Assembly (NCBI GenBank): GCA_965216495.1 | Contig: OZ244163.1 | Coordinates: forward strand, 96,127-160,126 | Direction: 5' to 3' | Length of the DNA: 64,000 nt | DNA from: Acidimicrobiia bacterium | GTDB lineage: Bacteria > Actinomycetota > Acidimicrobiia > Spongiisociales > ZC4RG35 | The notes under the pieces: model-generated | The model's database searches: none | Seen by the model: the letters and a program-made list of their open reading frames with translations, nothing else | Told to the model about the DNA's origin: nothing | Shown: in pieces, positions 39,244-49,907 of the stretch | How positions within the stretch are numbered: the stretch's first letter is position 1 | Layout: each line of letters begins with the position of its first letter | Program-made: the position numbers and the translations under genes

Positions 39244-39882
39244 TCAAGCCGGCCAAGACTGAATCAGCCAGAACACCCCTACCGCAATGGCTCCCAAGCC
39301 AAACACCGTCATGACCGCCCTGAGGACCCGGTCGCCACGATCAGCCACGAGTTTGCCGAGAATCCAGGCAAAACCAGCCATCGCAGCCACCGCAGCTATC
39401 AGGTAGAACGCCAAATACGCCACCGCCTGCCCGGTAGGGAGCCCCAACGCTGGAAGAACACCAAACAGGTGCCCTGTGCCCGCCATACCGTGAAGAACAC
39501 CGACGCCGAGGGGAGCGTGGCGATGAGAACCACCGTGGGCGTGGACGTGGGCGTGGACATCACCATCGTGGTCATGGGTGTGGGTATGAATCTGCAGCGT
39601 TCGGGCACGCCAGATGGCCCAAAGCCCAACACCGATCAGAAGAAATCCGACAGTGAACTCCGCCCATTCCGAGATGGATTCCATGTCGATCAAGCCGCGA
39701 AGAGCCAGCCCCACCCCCGCCACGATCCCGGTTCCGATGCCGTGCCCGAGGCCCCATTTCGCCCCGGTGAATCCGGCCCGCTTGGGGTCCTCGACCGCCA
39801 GGGGCGCAAGAGCAGCCAGATGGTCGACACCAGCCACCACATGCAAGGCCCCGGCCGCCAGGCCAGCGAGTGCTTCGATCAC
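39244..39882 (-). CDS. HupE/UreJ-like Ni/Co transporter with His-rich loop
   Basis: Duplicated G.LH...G.DHL / G.LHG.AGTGHL motifs in TM helices and a central [24 protein letters not shown] loop. Confidence 0.5.
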   Translation of the reverse strand: MIEALAGLAAGALHVVAGVDHLAALAPLAVEDPKRAGFTGAKWGLGHGIGTGIVAGVGLALRGLIDMESISEWAEFTVGFLLIGVGLWAIWRARTLQIHTHTHDHDGDVHAHVHAHGGSHRHAPLGVGVLHGMAGTGHLFGVLPALGLPTGQAVAYLAFYLIAAVAAMAGFAWILGKLVADRGDRVLRAVMTVFGLGAIAVGVFWLIQSWPA

Positions 39883-40880
39883 AGCATCATCGAGGGGTCA
39901 ACGGACTCGGCCCAGTCTGAGAGTCGGCCCTGCGATAGCCAGTGAGCTCCAGCCACGCCAATCATGGCGGCGTTGTCGGTACACAGCACGGGGTCGGGAA
40001 GAGCCAACTGCACTCCTCTTTTGTCGGCCTCTTCGGCAAACCGATATCGAATTCGACGGTTTGCCAGAACCCCTCCTCCACCACCCACGACTCGGGCGTC
40101 GGTGGCATCGACGGCGGCGAAAGTCTTATCGACCAGCACATCGACAATCGCCTCTTGGATCGAGGCTGCAACGTCAGCGCGAGGCGCGAGGTCTCCGGCG
40201 GCATGGGCCTTCTCAAGATAGCGAATAACCGACGTCTTTAGGCCCGAGAAGGAGAAGTGGTAGGGCTTGTCAGGCAGAGCCCTTGGGAAACGGACAGCAA
40301 GCGGATCGCCGCCTTCGGATTCCTTATCGATCGCCGGGCCACCGGGGAAACCAAGACCCATCACCCGAGCCAGCTTGTCGAAAGCCTCGCCAGCGGCATC
40401 GTCGATAGTGTGCCCCAGAGTCTCGTACTCGCCCCAATCCGACACATGGACGATCTGCGAATGACCCCCTGAAGCCAAGAGCACCACCGCTGGTGGGGCG
40501 AACTCTTCGAACTGAAGGCGGGGCGCCATCAGGTGGCCCTCCATGTGATCGACTCCCACGAACGGAATCTGACGTGCCCACGCGGTCGCTTTGGCAAAGG
40601 AATGACCAACGAGAAGTGCGCCTATTAGGCCGGGACCCGCCGTCGCTGCCACGCCGTCTAGATCAAAGGGATGCACTCTGGCTTCTGTCAGAGCCTGGTG
40701 GGTGAGATGTCGAATGGCCTCTACATGGGCCCTGGCGGCGACTTCGGGAACAACGCCACCAAACCGTGCGTGCAGCTCCACCTGCGAAGAAAGGACGTTG
40801 GAAAGCGCCTCGGTGCCGCGCACCACAGCGACAGCGGTTTCGTCGCAACTTGTCTCGAACGCCAAAACGGTTGGCTTCAT
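39879..40880 (-). CDS. tsaD: tRNA N6-adenosine threonylcarbamoyltransferase TsaD
   Basis: [14 protein letters not shown]...; Kae1/Gcp family. The start was taken at MKPTVLAF. Confidence 0.9.
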   Translation of the reverse strand: MKPTVLAFETSCDETAVAVVRGTEALSNVLSSQVELHARFGGVVPEVAARAHVEAIRHLTHQALTEARVHPFDLDGVAATAGPGLIGALLVGHSFAKATAWARQIPFVGVDHMEGHLMAPRLQFEEFAPPAVVLLASGGHSQIVHVSDWGEYETLGHTIDDAAGEAFDKLARVMGLGFPGGPAIDKESEGGDPLAVRFPRALPDKPYHFSFSGLKTSVIRYLEKAHAAGDLAPRADVAASIQEAIVDVLVDKTFAAVDATDARVVGGGGGVLANRRIRYRFAEEADKRGVQLALPDPVLCTDNAAMIGVAGAHWLSQGRLSDWAESVDPSMML

Positions 40881-41338
40881 CGCCGGACCCCCACGCTTTG
40901 ATCGATGTCGTGTTTCCACATGATCAGGGCGTCGTCATCTCCGTAGTAGCTAGGACGCATCCCGACTGGAGCAAGCCCAAATGAGGCGTATAAGCGACGC
41001 GCCGCTTCGTTCTTGCTTCGCACCTCGAGGGTGAGATGTTTGGCACCGGATCGCACTGATTCAGATATCAGAGACTCCAGCAGCTTCGAGGCCACCCCTT
41101 TCCGGCGACGTCCTGGTGCCACCAGGAGATTGGTGACATGCGCCTCGTCATCCACAAGCATCACACCACCAAACCCAGCGAGAGCCTCGTCGATGGCGGC
41201 GAGATAGATTCGGTCGTCCCGGCCCAACTCGTTCTCGAAGACGTCTCTTGACCATGGGCGTTGCTGTTCGGCCGACTCGAGTTGAGCCACGAGATCAAGG
41301 TCATCTCTCTGCATCGTTCTGACAACCAAGGTCTTCAT
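40877..41338 (-). CDS. rimI: ribosomal-protein-alanine N-acetyltransferase
   Basis: GNAT fold between tsaB and tsaD; conserved operon context. Confidence 0.75.
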   Translation of the reverse strand: MKTLVVRTMQRDDLDLVAQLESAEQQRPWSRDVFENELGRDDRIYLAAIDEALAGFGGVMLVDDEAHVTNLLVAPGRRRKGVASKLLESLISESVRSGAKHLTLEVRSKNEAARRLYASFGLAPVGMRPSYYGDDDALIMWKHDIDQSVGVRR

Positions 41339-42039
41339 CCCCAAGGACCAGCCTTTCGGATCTTGTCCCAATTGATGGTGACATCCGCATCGCGCAGATA
41401 CATAGGTCGAATGTCGTCGGGAGCCGGGTACTCGTCCCGCTGATACTTGCCAGCGCCGATTTCGGCGAGGGCGACTGCGTAGGGGTACCGGGGACGAGCA
41501 GACTTGGCGCGAGCGATGCCTCGAAAGAAGCCTTCGCCCAGAGCAGCCACTTCACCCACAACCAGGCTGTGCTCGACGGTGGCTTCGAGAACGGCCCTGA
41601 ACCGTTCGGGGGTCATCAGCTCAGCCGAAGACTCTTTGACCACTCCACCTGGAACCGGCCGATAGCGAGCAACAGCAACATCACCGCGTCGGACGTCGAC
41701 CACCGACCAGATCATTCGGTGACCAGTCTTGGCTTCGAGCGCTAGCGCGTCCAGTGACGTCGCTGGAATTATTGGGATGCCGAATGCTGCGGCCAGACCC
41801 TGAGCTGTGGCGAGCCCAACTCTGATGCCGGTGTAGAGACCGGGGCCGATGTCGACTACCACCGCATCAAGGTCCTCTGGATTCCAACCAACCTGGTGGA
41901 AGCTGAAGTCAATTGCTGGGACCAGAAAGCTGGCATGGCCCCGGCGATCGATCCGAGACGCTGCAGCCAGGGTGCGGCCGTCCTCAACCACGGCAACCGA
42001 AGAGCCAGGAGTCGCGGTCTCTATCGCCAGCAGCTTCAC
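41335..42039 (-). CDS. tsaB: tRNA threonylcarbamoyladenosine biosynthesis protein TsaB
   Basis: VKLLAIETATPGSSVAVV... YeaZ-like; probable GTG start. The N-extension in the ORF track was judged spurious. Confidence 0.7.
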   Translation of the reverse strand: MKLLAIETATPGSSVAVVEDGRTLAAASRIDRRGHASFLVPAIDFSFHQVGWNPEDLDAVVVDIGPGLYTGIRVGLATAQGLAAAFGIPIIPATSLDALALEAKTGHRMIWSVVDVRRGDVAVARYRPVPGGVVKESSAELMTPERFRAVLEATVEHSLVVGEVAALGEGFFRGIARAKSARPRYPYAVALAEIGAGKYQRDEYPAPDDIRPMYLRDADVTINWDKIRKAGPWG

Positions 42040-42488
42040 AACAAATCCTCGAGAGAACGTCGGCACCAGTCCCCGGACGGGACGAAGGAGACAAGACGAG
42101 AACCGTCCTCGCTGACTTCTAGCTCCACCCGCAGATGGTCTTGGGGGACCATTGCATCCACGGCCTCGCCCCATTCGATGACAACCACCCCTTCAACGCC
42201 GGCGTCAAAGACCTCAAGATCCTCGAACTCATTGAGTGACCCGAGCCGGTAGACGTCGAGATGGACCACCGGCATGAATCCGGTGCGGTACTGACGCATG
42301 AGCACAAAGGACGGGCTGAGGACCGGTTCTTCGACACCGAGTCCAATGGCGAGACCTCTGGTGAAGACTGTCTTTCCGACGCCAAGACCTCCGGCGAGCA
42401 CTACTACGTCGCCTGGACGCAGACTGGCAGCAAGCCGACCGCCGAGGGCTTCGGTGTCGGCCTCCGCCGGACAACGAACCTCCATCAT
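42036..42488 (-). CDS. tsaE: tRNA threonylcarbamoyladenosine biosynthesis protein TsaE
   Basis: P-loop VVLAGGLGVGKTVFTRG, YjeE family; 150 aa. Confidence 0.8.
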   Translation of the reverse strand: MMEVRCPAEADTEALGGRLAASLRPGDVVVLAGGLGVGKTVFTRGLAIGLGVEEPVLSPSFVLMRQYRTGFMPVVHLDVYRLGSLNEFEDLEVFDAGVEGVVVIEWGEAVDAMVPQDHLRVELEVSEDGSRLVSFVPSGDWCRRSLEDLL

Positions 42489-43066
42489 CCCTCGTCCGCC
42501 TTTTCGTCAAGGGCAGCTTTGGCCAGGTGAAAGTCCTTTGACATGTCGTCTTTGACCGACGGCCTGCCTCGCAAAGCCGCGGCTGGATGGAACGTGGGAA
42601 CCAACGTGGCGCCGAGCCACCAGCTGTACCGCTGGCCGCGCACTCGGGTGATGCCGATGTCGGTGGGCATCAGCAGTTTGGTGGCGAAGTTGCCGAGAGT
42701 CATCACGACAGCCGGCTGAATTGTGCGAATCTGCTCACGCAAATACCCCTTGCAAGAATCGATCTCCTCAGGCTTCGGATCTCGGTTGCCCGGTGGCCTG
42801 CACTTGAGGACGTTCGCAATGTAAACGTCTCGGCGCTCGACTCCGATTTCTTCAAGGAGTTGATCCAGGAGCTTGCCGGCCGCCCCAACGAATGGCTCGC
42901 CCTGAAGATCCTCGTTCCTTCCCGGCGCCTCACCGACCAGCATCAAGTCGGCATCGGGGTTACCGGCGCCAAAAACGACATTCGTGCGTGTCTCGGCCAG
43001 ACCGCATTGGACACAGGCGAGAGCAGCGTCTCTCAGGTTGGCGAGTGGCAGGGGGTTGGACGTCAA
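42485..43066 (-). CDS. uracil-DNA glycosylase, family 4
   Basis: GEAPGRNEDLQGEPFVGAAGKLLD motif A and an Fe-S Cys pattern. Confidence 0.8.
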   Translation of the reverse strand: MTSNPLPLANLRDAALACVQCGLAETRTNVVFGAGNPDADLMLVGEAPGRNEDLQGEPFVGAAGKLLDQLLEEIGVERRDVYIANVLKCRPPGNRDPKPEEIDSCKGYLREQIRTIQPAVVMTLGNFATKLLMPTDIGITRVRGQRYSWWLGATLVPTFHPAAALRGRPSVKDDMSKDFHLAKAALDEKADEG

Positions 43067-43119
43067 ACCAATCCCATTGTGGCAAGTGCCGGGCCTACCC
43101 GCAGCAATATCACAGGCAC

Positions 43120-43899
43120 CTAAGGCTTAGTGCAAAAGAGAACGTTTTCATCGCGCAGCAGCCCATAGCGGTCAACAACTTCGTCAGAGAGATCCTCCGC
43201 AAGGTCGAGGTCAACGGTGAATCCGGCGGCTTCAATCCGATCCACGACATCAGACCCATACCACCGAACATGACTGGTTTCACCAAAAGCCAACCTTCGC
43301 TCCTCCGGGTCGACGACCCCGGGATCCTCATATGTCAAAGATCCAAGCCTCAAGGGAACCGTTATCAGCGCCCACCCTCCGGACCTCAGGACTCGGTACA
43401 TCTCAGACATTGCCTCACGATCGTTCTCGACATGTTCAAGCACATGTATGCACACCAGAGCATCGAAGGTCTCCGAAGTAAAGGGTGCCGACGCGAGGTC
43501 AAAGATGACGTCAACCAATGGATGCTTTTCGATGTCGCTAGCTACGTACTGGATGTTTCGCTTCGACCTGAGTCGCCTTTCGATGCACCTTCGCGGTGAC
43601 AGGTGAAGCAGTCGCAGATCCTGGCCGCCAAGGAGGTCAGCGCGTTGTTGGAGGAACAGCCAATCACGACGATGACGAGCCTTGGAGTTGCATCTTGGGC
43701 AATGCCCCTTCTCCCGGGCCTTCATCGAGCCTCCGGCGGCGACAAACTGTCTCACCCTCCACCCACAACACGGGCACTCGTACCGACGGCCTACGAAGAA
43801 GACGGCCCTGAGAAACAAGAAGGAGTCAGCCAGGTCTAAGCCGGTCCGGCTTTCGATACCAGCTAGCAGGCGCTTGAGGTGATTAGCAAGCCTGGACAT
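43120..43899 (-). CDS. class I SAM-dependent methyltransferase with N-terminal Cys4 zinc ribbon
   Basis: CPCCGW...CPRCN zinc ribbon plus a methyltransf_11-like core (DALVCIHVLEHV). Confidence 0.55.
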   Translation of the reverse strand: MSRLANHLKRLLAGIESRTGLDLADSFLFLRAVFFVGRRYECPCCGWRVRQFVAAGGSMKAREKGHCPRCNSKARHRRDWLFLQQRADLLGGQDLRLLHLSPRRCIERRLRSKRNIQYVASDIEKHPLVDVIFDLASAPFTSETFDALVCIHVLEHVENDREAMSEMYRVLRSGGWALITVPLRLGSLTYEDPGVVDPEERRLAFGETSHVRWYGSDVVDRIEAAGFTVDLDLAEDLSDEVVDRYGLLRDENVLFCTKP

Positions 43900-43906
43900 T
43901 CTTCAA

Positions 43907-44995
43907 TCAGAGGTGATCCACGACCGATTGATATCGCCGTGGCACCCGCGGACCGATCGAGCAAACCACCTCGTAGGAGATTGTATTGAGCGCGCCAGCC
44001 CAGTCGTCGGCGGTGACCTCCGCAGAACCTTGGCTACCGAGTAACACGACCTCATCACCGGGTTGGACATCATCATCACCAACATCAATCACGATTTGAT
44101 CCATCGTGACGGTTCCGGCCAACGGGTACTTGTTGCCGCCTATCAGCGCAACGCCTCCGCTCGTCAAGCCGCGTGCGAACCCATCCGCGTAGCCCACAGG
44201 AGCCGTGGCCATATTGGAGTCGCTGTCCAACTCGCGGACACGTCCATAGCTGGGGCGCGCTCCCGCCGACAATCGCTGAACGTGCGAAACATGGGTGATC
44301 ACCCGCATTGCCGGTTCGAGATCGACTACTGACCGAGTTTCCTCGCACGGGTGCAAACCGTAGGTTCCGAGGCCAATCCGGCACATATCTCGCCGGGCTT
44401 CGGGGAACAGGATGGCGCCGGCGGTGTTCGCTGTGTGACTGAGTGGTGCCGCCACTCCGAGGGCGTCGAATAGCTCTAGTTGAAGCCTCGTGAAGTCGGG
44501 GTCTTCATCAGCAACCGAAAAGTGAGTCCAGACAGCCTCCAGAGTGACCAGTTCGGACTTCTCAATCTGGCGGGCCAGATCGCGTGCAACGTCGGGAGTT
44601 GCCCCAACTCGGTGCATTCCTGTGTCCACCTTCAAATGTGCGTCGGCGCGGATGCCGGAATCGATCAAAGCCTCGACGAAGCCAAGCGTGTAGACAGTTG
44701 GCTTGAGGTCCCACTTTTCCAGCACGGGAAGACTCTCCGGACCAGGTTCGGACAGAAGGAGAATCGGGGCTTGGATCCCGGCCTCTCGAAGACGAACACC
44801 TTCCTCCACAAGCGCAACAGCGAGATGAGTTGCGCCGTGAGCCAACGCCGCCGAAGCGACAGGCACATCGCCGTGGCCGTATCCATCGGCCTTGACGACG
44901 GCGCAGAATGCAGCTGGCTTGATCAGTTCGGCCAACCGGGAAACGTTGTTCCCGATGGCGCCCAGGTTGATCTCGGCGTAGGTAGGCCTCACCAC
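43907..44995 (-). CDS. alr: alanine racemase
   Basis: AVVKADGYGHG PLP-lysine motif; 362 aa. Confidence 0.9.
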   Translation of the reverse strand: MVRPTYAEINLGAIGNNVSRLAELIKPAAFCAVVKADGYGHGDVPVASAALAHGATHLAVALVEEGVRLREAGIQAPILLLSEPGPESLPVLEKWDLKPTVYTLGFVEALIDSGIRADAHLKVDTGMHRVGATPDVARDLARQIEKSELVTLEAVWTHFSVADEDPDFTRLQLELFDALGVAAPLSHTANTAGAILFPEARRDMCRIGLGTYGLHPCEETRSVVDLEPAMRVITHVSHVQRLSAGARPSYGRVRELDSDSNMATAPVGYADGFARGLTSGGVALIGGNKYPLAGTVTMDQIVIDVGDDDVQPGDEVVLLGSQGSAEVTADDWAGALNTISYEVVCSIGPRVPRRYQSVVDHL

Positions 44996-46353
44996 GCCAG
45001 GGACGCTATCGCGTGACTCAACTCCGGTGCGGTGACCGTCCCGCTTTCTCGAAGCCTCGATCCGGCAATTCCATGCCAGTAGGCACCCGATACCGCAGCA
45101 TCCATACCGTCGAGACCACGAGCCATCAAGGCACCAATCATCCCTGCCAGGACGTCACCGGTACCGATGGTCGCGAGTTCTGGACCGCCGGTACCCACCA
45201 CCACCGGCACCCCGCCGTCAGTGACCATCGTCGGGTTGCCCTTTCGAAGCCCAATGACGCCAGCGCTCCTCGCATAGGCCCGAATGGCAAAGGTGCCCAT
45301 ACCCGAACCGGCGATCCGCCGGAACTCGGCGTGATGGGGTGTGACCACGACTTCAGCGTCATTGGTCCGAGCTGCTGCAACCAACTCGGGTACGAGACCC
45401 CCGGCGTCGAGAACCAGCCGATCAGCCTTCTCCACCAGAGGTAGCGCGCCCTCAATGTCAGCCTCGGCCAGGCCGGGGCCGGCGACAACGACGTCGAACC
45501 GGTCGACCGCTGGATCATCCTCGAGCGAGACAGTCGGGAGTGCATGAGAAATCTGATGGATCGCATCCGGCTGACTAGAGGCCACGACCACCGATCCGGC
45601 GCCAAACCGAAGGGCACTCTCTCCGGCAAGGACAGCCGCCCCGACCATGCCCTGAGACCCACCCACGACGAGCACCGAGCCTGCTGACCATTTGTGAGCC
45701 AATCGATCCCGACTGGGCAGCTGGGCATCGGACTCCTCAGCCAAGATGAGGCTGGGGTTGCCTCCATGAATACCGATGTCGGCGACGGTGACACTTCCAC
45801 AATGCTCAGGACCACGTCCCATTACGTGGCCAGTATTGATGGTCGAGAAAGTGATCGTCTCCACGGCTACGAATGCTCGCTCGTCGGCTGCGCCCGTGTC
45901 GTGATCGAGTCCTGTTGGGAAGTCGACCGAAATCACGGGGGCCTTAGTCGCCATCCAATCGAGGATCACCTCGGGAAGTCCACCGCGCGCTCCTCCCCCA
46001 AACACGGAATCGATGACCAAATCGGTGGGTACCGGCGATCCCATCTCGACTACCGAAACTCCAACTCGAACTGCGTGCTCTCGGGCTGCTCGGCTGAGTT
46101 CGGTCTTCGGGTGACCTAAGGCGTGGACAGTCACCTGGCATCCACGCTGCTTCAGGAATCGTGCAGCGACGTAGCCGTCACCGCCGTTGTTTCCGGGACC
46201 AGCCAAAACCGACACCCGGTGGCCGTAGCCGTAGCCCATTCGAGTCGCTGCCAGCGCCACGGCATGACCAGCTTTCTCCATGGCGGCCGCTAGGTCACCC
46301 TGGTACGCCTTGTCCACGCGCCGATACTCAGAGCCGGTGAGGATCGGCTTCAC
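44989..46353 (-). CDS. nnr: bifunctional NAD(P)H-hydrate epimerase / ADP-dependent dehydratase
   Basis: N-terminal YjeF-N (GPGNNGGDG) and a C-terminal carbohydrate-kinase-like domain; 454 aa. Confidence 0.85.
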   Translation of the reverse strand: MKPILTGSEYRRVDKAYQGDLAAAMEKAGHAVALAATRMGYGYGHRVSVLAGPGNNGGDGYVAARFLKQRGCQVTVHALGHPKTELSRAAREHAVRVGVSVVEMGSPVPTDLVIDSVFGGGARGGLPEVILDWMATKAPVISVDFPTGLDHDTGAADERAFVAVETITFSTINTGHVMGRGPEHCGSVTVADIGIHGGNPSLILAEESDAQLPSRDRLAHKWSAGSVLVVGGSQGMVGAAVLAGESALRFGAGSVVVASSQPDAIHQISHALPTVSLEDDPAVDRFDVVVAGPGLAEADIEGALPLVEKADRLVLDAGGLVPELVAAARTNDAEVVVTPHHAEFRRIAGSGMGTFAIRAYARSAGVIGLRKGNPTMVTDGGVPVVVGTGGPELATIGTGDVLAGMIGALMARGLDGMDAAVSGAYWHGIAGSRLRESGTVTAPELSHAIASLAW

Positions 46354-46730
46354 TAATCGTGCTCTCCCACCGCAACCGCCATCACCAAGGCTGAGGTGTC
46401 AGTGTGGGTGATAGTTACGAGAATCTCGGTGACACCAAGCATCTCCGCCCGCTGCGCCGCCCGGCCAGACATTCTGACTGTGGGTTTCCCCCCACCGGTG
46501 ATCTCGATGTCTTTCCACCGGATACGCCGCCAGCCGGTTCCCATGGATTTCATTACGGCTTCCTTGCCCGCAAAACGAGCCGCCAATCGGCGCTCCGGCT
46601 TGGTGAACCTGAAGGCATACTCACGTTCGTGCTCGGTGAAGCATCGCTCAGCGAACCGGGGGTATTTCTCCAAGACTCGCCCAACGCGGTCGATGTCTGC
46701 GAGGTCCACGCCAAGTCCGAGGATGTTCAT
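46353..46730 (-). CDS. acpS: holo-[acyl-carrier-protein] synthase
   Basis: MNILGLGVDLADIDR...GKEAVMKSMG 4'-PPTase signature. The start was taken at the internal Met. Confidence 0.8.
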   Translation of the reverse strand: MNILGLGVDLADIDRVGRVLEKYPRFAERCFTEHEREYAFRFTKPERRLAARFAGKEAVMKSMGTGWRRIRWKDIEITGGGKPTVRMSGRAAQRAEMLGVTEILVTITHTDTSALVMAVAVGEHD

Positions 46731-47143
46731 GAGTTCACTTTGAATTGGTCCGACTAATTTCAATCCGGTGCTCGGGAGAATCTAGAGCTTCCGGGGTCGA
46801 AGGCTTGCGACAGATAGGTATGTGTTCGTCTCGTTTCAGCCCGTGCATTGCAACCGCCAGATCGTCGAGGCCGGTTGCGTCCTCCATCGCGACCGCAAAG
46901 CCAACACAGCGAAGCCGGTCCATTGCGTCTATGCCATTCCACCCGACGTGGCCGGCCTTCTCGCTCGCTTCCACACTCGCGGTAGGGGTCACAATGGTTG
47001 GATGCCCGAAAGTTTCGGCGTCAACAAAAGAACGCCCGCGGCCAGAAAAGTCATCTGGCTGTTGAGCCTAGCCCTGACCTCAAGGACCGCATCTCGTCGG
47101 ACCCGACCCGAGGGACCTTTCAGATGACAGTTACGATCGCACC

Positions 47144-48751
47144 GTGCAATCACGCCCAGAGTTCGCAATTATCACAGAGCGAGGCCGCATTCAGCGTTGG
47201 CAAGCCGACTGGCTTGAGGGTTGCATTGCTTCTGGGTCGGTGCCGGTGGCAGTTTTGGACCTCGCACCTAAAGCGCAAAAGCGCGGCGTTGCCCAACTAC
47301 TGTGGCATCTCTACAAGAGGTTCTTCATCCAATCAGGCGGGCAAGCACTCGAGCCGGTTCGCCTCGAAAGCTTGAGGACAGTCAGAACCGTCACAGTCGG
47401 CGTCTCGACGAACGACTTCAGCCTCGACGATCATGCCCTTGATTTCCTGGAAAGGGCCGGGTGTTCACGTCTCCTAAACCTCACCAGCCGGAAGCTTTCA
47501 ATGCCAAGAACTGGGGTCCCGACCCAGGGGATCTGGGAGTTTGAGGCACTGGTTGCCCCGGAGTGGAGCGTGTCAGGACCGGAAGTCGCGCAAGTCCAAC
47601 TCAGGCTGGTGCACTCCACCGCTACCGGCAAAGTGGTCAAGAGAGCCGGAACAGTCAATTGCGTTCCGAAGTCTTTCGCCCAAACCGTCGATCGAGCGTA
47701 CAACTCCATGCGACCCTGGCTTGACTGCACCTTCAACGGATCACAAACCGAGGCACCACTAGAAGGAGACGCGCTCGACCGAGTATCCGAGCCCTTGACT
47801 TCGACAGCTCAGCTAGGTGTGCTTCCTCGCTTCGCGGCAAACCGATTGAAGTGGTTTGCGACCCGACTCGCACTACAGGAGGAATGGCATGTCGGGATAG
47901 TCAACCAGCCAATTGAGGAGGTCTTCCGAGCAGGGACTGTCGAGGATGTGACCTGGATCGCAAATCCACCTCGCCAGTATCTCGCTGACCCGTTTGGCGT
48001 CCCTAACAGCAGCACGTTGCTGGTCGAAAGGTTCGACATGATTTCGAGTCGCGGTGATATCGCTGCCACTGATCTGCAAAACCCCGAGCTGACATTCCGA
48101 CAGGAGCTGTCAACGAACGGTCACCTCTCGTATCCCTTTCTGTTCCAATCGGAAGGTTCGCTCTACTGCCTTCCCGAAATGATTGATCAACGAAGGCTTG
48201 CCCTCTTCAACTGGGAAACTTCCCAATCTCAATGGGTCGCATGGGCCGATATTGAGATCGACGTCAAGGCAGTCGATCCGACAATGATCCACCATGACAA
48301 TCGGTGGTGGCTGTTCTGCACGGATGCTCTCGCAGGCGAGAACAGCCACCTCTTCGTTTTCCATGCTGACGACCTTGCCGGACCATGGGTTCCACACGTT
48401 CTCAACCCTGTGAAGGTTGATGTAAACTCATCCCGCTCTGGAGGTACGCCATTCCGTGTCGGCAATCGCCTGATCCGCCCAGCGCAGCAGCACCGGCGCG
48501 GGTACGGGAGCGGCATCGTCTTCAACGAGATATTGACACTCACCGACCACGAATTCGTCGAACAGTCTGTAGCCACGCTCTCCCCGCCCAATGGCCCCTA
48601 CCGTCATGGACTGCACACGGTCAGCGAGTGGGGCAACCGGACACTGGTTGACGGGAAGCAGACCCGGTTTTCGGTGTCCAGCCTCATCGGTACGGCCGTA
48701 GGCTTGGTCCGCCGAGGCTGGCAGAGTCGGGCCAGCACCCGCGACCGCTGA
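47144..48751 (+). CDS. two-domain hypothetical protein (C-terminal GH43/GH32-like beta-propeller signature)
   Basis: 535 aa. The C-terminal half has ADPFGV...W...D pattern elements typical of the 5-bladed propeller GH-J/GH130 clans. The N-terminal domain was not recognised. Confidence 0.4.
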   Translation: MQSRPEFAIITERGRIQRWQADWLEGCIASGSVPVAVLDLAPKAQKRGVAQLLWHLYKRFFIQSGGQALEPVRLESLRTVRTVTVGVSTNDFSLDDHALDFLERAGCSRLLNLTSRKLSMPRTGVPTQGIWEFEALVAPEWSVSGPEVAQVQLRLVHSTATGKVVKRAGTVNCVPKSFAQTVDRAYNSMRPWLDCTFNGSQTEAPLEGDALDRVSEPLTSTAQLGVLPRFAANRLKWFATRLALQEEWHVGIVNQPIEEVFRAGTVEDVTWIANPPRQYLADPFGVPNSSTLLVERFDMISSRGDIAATDLQNPELTFRQELSTNGHLSYPFLFQSEGSLYCLPEMIDQRRLALFNWETSQSQWVAWADIEIDVKAVDPTMIHHDNRWWLFCTDALAGENSHLFVFHADDLAGPWVPHVLNPVKVDVNSSRSGGTPFRVGNRLIRPAQQHRRGYGSGIVFNEILTLTDHEFVEQSVATLSPPNGPYRHGLHTVSEWGNRTLVDGKQTRFSVSSLIGTAVGLVRRGWQSRASTRDR

Positions 48752-48755
48752 CAAC

Positions 48756-49907
48756 ATGAAGGTCCTTCAAATCCACAACCGATATCGGCTGTCGGGCGGT
48801 GAAGACTCAGTCGTCGACAACGAGGCAGCAGGATTACGAGAAGCTGGTCATGAGGTGTTCCAGTTCGCTGCGACCAATCCGACGAGGCCGGTCTCGACCG
48901 CAGCAAAGCTGCTCGCCTCGCCGTGGAACCCGCGACAGTTCCAGGCGATTAAGAGACAGGTAATCGATAACGATTTCGACATAGCCCACGTACACAACAC
49001 TTGGTTCTCTATCACTCCGTCGGTAATCGACGCTATTGAGAGACAAGGCATTCCAATCGTCATGACGGTTCACAACTTCCGACTGGTTTGCATCAACTCG
49101 CAACTAACCAGAGATAGCCAGCCATGCACTGCCTGTGTTGGCGGTAGCCCATGGCGCGGGGTTCGATACAGCTGTTACCGAGGTTCCCGGGCGAGTTCGG
49201 CAATAGCGGCAGGCGCACTATCGGTTGGTCGCAAAATGCGGTTGTGGGACAACGTCTCGAAGTTCATCGTGCCAAGTCAGTTTGTGCGCGGCGTGCTCGC
49301 ACAGGGCGGAATCGAGCAAGACCGTATGACGGTACGACCTCATTTCGTACACGATCCGGGCCAGCGGACTGCGCCATCGTCGCAATCCAACACCGTGCTC
49401 TTTGCCGGAAGAATCGAAGAGGCAAAAGGCGTTTGTCTTCTGCTCGAAGCCTGGGACGACGCTGATACCGGTCACCTCCAATTGGAGCTTCTCGGGGATG
49501 GTCCCTTGAGAAGGGAACTAGAACATCGGTACCCAGACGTCACCTTTAGCGGAACCGTCCCCCAGGCCGAAGTAGTCAGGAGAATGATGACGGCGCGGGC
49601 GCTCGTGATCCCATCGCAGGTCCCAGAAACAATGGGACTTACGGCCCTCGAGGCCTTCGCTGCCTCACTGCCTGTCGTCGCATCGGACATTGGAGCACTG
49701 CCAGAGATCCTCGCTGGTCAAGGCCCCCAATGGAACGTCGGTGCTGACGATACGGCAGGATGGGTGTCGGCGATCGAACTCCTGAAGGACGACGCACTCG
49801 TAGATGAGGCAGGAACCAGAAATCGCGCGACATATCGAGAGAGATACTCTCCCCGGACTGCAATCCCCAGTCTGGTATCGGTTTACAACAAGGTTCGGGC
49901 CGGCTAG
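48756..49907 (+). CDS. glycosyltransferase family 4
   Basis: GT-B fold; C-terminal E-x7-E-like region (GLTALEAFAASLPVVASDIGALPEI). Confidence 0.8.
   Translation: MKVLQIHNRYRLSGGEDSVVDNEAAGLREAGHEVFQFAATNPTRPVSTAAKLLASPWNPRQFQAIKRQVIDNDFDIAHVHNTWFSITPSVIDAIERQGIPIVMTVHNFRLVCINSQLTRDSQPCTACVGGSPWRGVRYSCYRGSRASSAIAAGALSVGRKMRLWDNVSKFIVPSQFVRGVLAQGGIEQDRMTVRPHFVHDPGQRTAPSSQSNTVLFAGRIEEAKGVCLLLEAWDDADTGHLQLELLGDGPLRRELEHRYPDVTFSGTVPQAEVVRRMMTARALVIPSQVPETMGLTALEAFAASLPVVASDIGALPEILAGQGPQWNVGADDTAGWVSAIELLKDDALVDEAGTRNRATYRERYSPRTAIPSLVSVYNKVRAG

Noticed and set aside
45138-45815. 225-aa minus-strand ORF
   Set aside because: Alternative frame within nnr with low-complexity S/P/W/R composition; spurious.
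46735-47065. Short overlapping ORFs (85 aa minus, 106 aa plus) upstream of acpS
   Set aside because: No motifs, Ser/Arg/Ala-rich GC-frame translations, and mutually overlapping. The region is more likely a promoter/intergenic region of the acpS-nnr-alr operon and the divergent glycan locus.
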